Below the pieces are notes generated by a model that saw only the letters and a program-made list of their open reading frames with translations, was not told the DNA's origin and made no database searches. The position numbers were made by a program, and so were the translations under genes. Shown here in pieces: positions 59,981 to 64,000 of a stretch of 64,000 nt of DNA. Within the stretch, counting starts at the first letter, position 1. Every line of letters starts with the position of its first letter. The DNA comes from Macrostomum hystrix (taxonomy: Eukaryota; Animalia; Platyhelminthes). The stretch lies in NCBI GenBank assembly GCA_950097015.1, contig CATNEN010000024.1, positions 5,828,001 through 5,892,000 on the forward strand. Direction: 5' to 3'.

Positions 59981-60015
59981 TTAGGTGAGGGTTAGGGTTA
60001 GGGTTAGGGTTAGGG
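59981..60015 (+). repeat. Short interstitial telomeric repeat: TTAGG TGAGGG (TTAGGG)4
   Basis: Four perfect TTAGGG units at 59992-60015. Confidence 0.9.
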
Positions 60016-60062
60016 TACTGTGACCCGGCGAAGTAAAAACTAGGCAGAAGAGGCGAGACGCG

Positions 60063-60073
60063 CAAGATGGCGG
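60063..60073 (+). promoter_or_regulatory. YY1-like motif CAAGATGGCGG in a CpG-rich promoter-like patch
   Basis: Matches the AAGATGGCGG consensus; function not shown. Confidence 0.4.
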
Positions 60074-60550
60074 TCGAATTTTCCACCAAAGCCCAAGGCG
60101 AGCGGGCGAGCAGCTTTTATTCATTCCAAAAATATTCTGTTCAACCTCTTTTTGAGTCAACTTTAATTAGACAAAGGCGCATGAAGCTTTGAGCTCCTTC
60201 GCTCTCTTGCTGTCTCTCTTTCTCTCGCTTTCGCCCTCAAGAGCACCCAGGAGTGTTGGCCGCCTCGAGCGTCGGCCACCCAGGAGCCTTGGCTGCTTGA
60301 TAGCTGCTAGGCCGGATAGGAAAGGCATGTTTTCTCATAGCAACCTTCGGGAACGGTGCGCTATTCGCTAATTAACTAAAAGAGAGATGCCCCGTCCATA
60401 CCTCCCAGTAGCTTTACTGCGTGCTCGGGCATCTGATTCCTTTTTTTCATTGACTTTTCATTCATTTTACTGTATAATAATTCTTAAAAATTAACTTTCA
60501 TGTTAGGACAGTTGCGTATCGGGAAAGATTTATTTAAATTGAATTATAAT

Positions 60551-60875
60551 TTCAAGGTCACGTGTTTAAGTTGATATTAAATCACGAGTGGAGCTCGTGC
60601 TTTCAAGGTCGCATGTTTAAGTTGATATTACTCGTAAATAACGAGTGGAGCTCGTGCTTTCAAGGTCGCGTGTTTAAGTTGATATTAAATCACGAGTTGA
60701 GCTCGTGCTTTCAAGGTCGCGTGTTTAAGTTGATATTAAATCACGAGTGGAGCTCGTGCTTTCAAGGTCGCGTGTTTAAGTTGATATTTAATTACGAGTG
60801 GAGCTCGTGCTTTCAAGGTCGCGTGTTTAAGGTGATATTTAATCACGAGTGGGCTCCAGCTTTCAAGGTCGCATG
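60551..60875. repeat. 51 bp tandem repeat, about 6 copies, with a CACGAG-N5-CTCGTG hairpin core
   Basis: Period 51 (60551, 60602...); no unique spacers. Confidence 0.9.
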
Positions 60876-61524
60876 CCTAGTACCATACTCAAAAAAGTGT
60901 TATCAGAAGTTTGTGTAAACAAGTGTAAAAAAGTCGATGTTCCTTAATCCAACAACCTGTTTTTTATCCGGTAAAACGAGGTCAGTCGACTTAAACTGGG
61001 TGTATAAATCAAATAATGCGTGCAGCTTGTGCTTTCAAGGCTATATCTCCGGTTCAGTAATTGAAAAATTGAGTAATGCTTTAGCTTTTATCTGTGCAAA
61101 GAAAAAAGCACATAATTTTTTTCATGCTGAATTAATTCTTATCTCTAGTTCTTCCTTTAATTTTACTGAGAGACAGATAAATAATTAGTAAATATGTATT
61201 CACTCGCAAAAATATTAGACGAATTGGATTTCTTCATCGAAACTCTTCTTCAAGCAAGAGCTGGTGAGGTGTGATCAGACAAGGAATTCTCTATACCTCT
61301 ATACAAGGTATTGAGAATTGCTTGGATCAGGCCAACATGTGTGTGCCTGAGCATTTTTTCTGTGTGCGTGTGTGCTCTGGACTCAGCGGAATGGGCAGAA
61401 TTACGTGCCAATGCAATCAAATTTTATCCTTTTACTCAAATGAACAACCGAATCCTATTGCGCAGGTGGCAAGAGTATTTCAGAGTTCCGGACAATACCA
61501 AACTCGCAACCAGAGTAGCCCCAG

Positions 61525-62754
61525 ATGGGCCCGAAGCCGACCTCGCCGCTCAACCTCGTTGCCTACTGCGTGATGGCTGGCATCATCGCGGTGGGCGCCG
61601 CCGGCAACAGCATCGTGCTATACGTCTACGCCAAAAAGAAGGACGGCCACGCAGCGAATGTGTTCATCCTCAGCCTGGCCGTGTCGGACCTGGTCGCATG
61701 TACCCTAGTCATCCCGATGACCGTCGCCATGGAGGCCAGGAACTACGAGACCAGCGCCCTGGTGTGCCGACTGCATTACCTGCTGAACTGCAGCGGCATT
61801 CCCTTCTCATCCATGCTCATGGCGGCCATAGCCGTTGAGCGCTACTTCTGCATCTGCCGGCCATTTTTACGCGCCATCACAGTCCGGCGGGCCAAAGCCA
61901 TTGTGGCCACTCTGGTGGCTGTAGCGCTAACCCTGGGCGCCACCACCGCGTCATTTAGCGCTGTAGTTCGCGGCACCTTCGACGGGCCGAACGGCACCGA
62001 GCAGCTGCGCTTTGCCAGCTACGGCGAGTGCCGCGAAATCAGCGACCTGAGCGACGGGCCGGCGATGACCGTCTCCAGTGCCAGCCTCGTGTTCTACCGC
62101 GTGTTCCAGGCTGCTCACCTGTCCCTGTTCCTGCTGTGCATTGTGCTAGTGTTCATCCTGTACGTGCTCATCTACGAGTCCGTGCTGCGCCTCAGACGGA
62201 GCCGACGCCAGCGCAGGGAGCGGCTCAACAAGCGAATACAGCAGGCCACGGCTGTCTCGGCTGCAGCTCCCGTTAGCATCGCTATCGCCGAGTCTGTTCA
62301 GCCTGCCGTTGAGGTCGACGCAGCCGCTGCTGAGGCGGCTTCGCCCGTTGTCGACAATGTAACAGCCGTCGGAGCCGTCGACAGCTCCTCCGAGCAGCTG
62401 CAGCAGCTTCAGCAGCGCAACTCGCTGGTTCCAGCGTCGGCGAACGCAGCCAATCGAGACCGCGACGGTCGGGATAGCGACGCATTGCAAAACTTGAAAA
62501 CTGCCGCCATGCTGTTCGTTGTGGCCGTTGTCTTCATCTTCACTTTCCTACCGGCGGCGCTGATGACAGTCAAGGCGGTGCCCTTCAACATTGTGGTGTT
62601 CTACATGTACTACCTGGCTCACGCCACCAATCCCATCATCTACTGCTTTATGAATCACAACTTTCGGGAGGATCTGAGGCGCATCTTCTGCAAGAACCGG
62701 CGCGGCGAGCATGGCGCGACAGCTGCTCGCTCTAACCACATACAGCTGCAGTGA
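61525..62754 (+). CDS. Intronless class A (rhodopsin-like) GPCR, probably peptide-receptor type
   Basis: Seven hydrophobic segments; GNSIV (TM1), LAVSDL (TM2), AIAVERY (TM3), long ICL3, FIFTFLP (TM6), NPIIY (TM7). (AATA)n tract with AATAAA near 62937. Confidence 0.93.
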   Translation: MGPKPTSPLNLVAYCVMAGIIAVGAAGNSIVLYVYAKKKDGHAANVFILSLAVSDLVACTLVIPMTVAMEARNYETSALVCRLHYLLNCSGIPFSSMLMAAIAVERYFCICRPFLRAITVRRAKAIVATLVAVALTLGATTASFSAVVRGTFDGPNGTEQLRFASYGECREISDLSDGPAMTVSSASLVFYRVFQAAHLSLFLLCIVLVFILYVLIYESVLRLRRSRRQRRERLNKRIQQATAVSAAAPVSIAIAESVQPAVEVDAAAAEAASPVVDNVTAVGAVDSSSEQLQQLQQRNSLVPASANAANRDRDGRDSDALQNLKTAAMLFVVAVVFIFTFLPAALMTVKAVPFNIVVFYMYYLAHATNPIIYCFMNHNFREDLRRIFCKNRRGEHGATAARSNHIQLQ

Positions 62755-64000
62755 CGCGACTGAAGAAGCTACCCTTTGATATCTGGCCCTATCGTCATGG
62801 CTTGTTGTTGTAATATTTCCAGTTTACTTCTTATCTTTAGCATTAGTCAAGCATATACTATCCTATCGTGTTGTTTTAGTAGAAATTTCACTACACTGAA
62901 AGAAAAGACTAATTTTACTGCTTCATTTAGCTTTTTCAATAAATAAATAAATAAATAAATAAATAAATACTTATTTAATGCAACACATTATTGTCAGACT
63001 TTAAAATAAAAAACACGAACAGGTTAATGTCGTCCGTCTCCGAAAAAATAGATGCTAATTTAAATTAAGATTTTATTTTGGTAATTTTCCGGGTAATTGT
63101 AATCCGAAATTATCATATGCTGCATTATATAACTCGTATTATTCTTTTTTGTCAGCTATGGTCAGCTATGGTCATGTCGTCAAAGTTAAGCTCGACCAGA
63201 ATATACTTACTTATTATTGCCTTGAGCATACCAATGCATCTATTGTTTTCGCTTATAATATACAAGCTAGCTACGCGTAACCGTGGAAAAGGAAAATACA
63301 TCAAACACGAATCATTCGGGCAGTAATCCACTGAGATGTTACCTTACAACATACATGATATAATAATAATAACTAGGTTTCAATATATTATAATCTGCCT
63401 ATCTAAAATAGAGAAAACTAGAAAATAGTATTTCAGTGCTGTACATGTAAACCTAAACACTCAGTGCACATCGCAATTATCGCAATTCATGCCATAATTT
63501 TTTGTTGAATTATCGGTGGTACCTATATAATTAAAGAAGACAGCGTAAAACATAATAAATATTTGATAATACTTCATGCTTTTGATAATAGCTCATAAGT
63601 GAAAATTTGGGAATGACAGTGAATTAGTAATATTATGAGTTTATCTGGTGTGAATTCAGAAGGCTCGAGAACGGAGGTAACCAGAACGGACTATAATCCA
63701 ACGAATGCATATTTCACACGAATCCTTTTGTAATACTTTGTAATTCTTTGTTTAAATAATGTTTTAAAAGTATATTATTGTCCTATTTTTGCAAATATTC
63801 GGTTGCATTTTTTACTTTACATAAATATTTTGTTTTATATTGATCTCCATGGCAAACGCGATACAAAAGCTTTTAATGTCGACCTCTACGGTGTAATTAT
63901 TTTTAGCTCTATCCCACTTCTTTTCTAATAATTCGCTTTTATTTTCGAGGGTGAACGATTGTCTTAAAGTTCTGTAAATCTTATAATAAAATGAATTTTC

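Noticed and set aside
59981-60015. Telomerase RNA template or true chromosome end
   Set aside because: Four full repeats are longer than a typical ~1.5-repeat template, and unique sequence with a GPCR gene continues beyond.
60551-60875. CRISPR-like look of palindromic repeat arrays (also 34430-34748 and 51825-55095)
   Set aside because: Units are head-to-tail with no unique spacers, there are no cas genes, and the context is eukaryotic.

Overview
Eukaryotic genomic DNA with GT-AG introns, GC-rich exons, AT-rich spacers and TTAGGG repeats. The gene set, codon style and minisatellite-filled introns suggest a free-living flatworm such as Macrostomum (inference only). Hand-spliced genes: an F-spondin-like gene (-; Reeler + Spondin_N, runs off the left edge), a predicted 715-aa repeat-rich protein ending in a profilin domain (+), intronless RPL37 and RPL18A (+), a 5-exon phospholipid scramblase (-) that carries RPL18A antisense inside intron 2, an SLC16/MCT-like transporter (-), a small secreted Cys-rich ORF (+), a 5-exon EGFR-family kinase (+) and an intronless class A GPCR (+). 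A very young 4.3-kb LTR element (23201-27536, -) has near-identical LTRs, a CTAC target-site duplication, a tRNA-Leu PBS and a PPT. It has no pol, but carries a decayed gag knuckle and an intact 321-aa orphan cargo ORF with its own TATA box. About 20 distinct tandem arrays occur, most inside introns and several containing splice-site sequence. Most long ORFs in the supplied track are artefacts of these arrays. All coordinates and comparisons were read by eye; no database searches were run.
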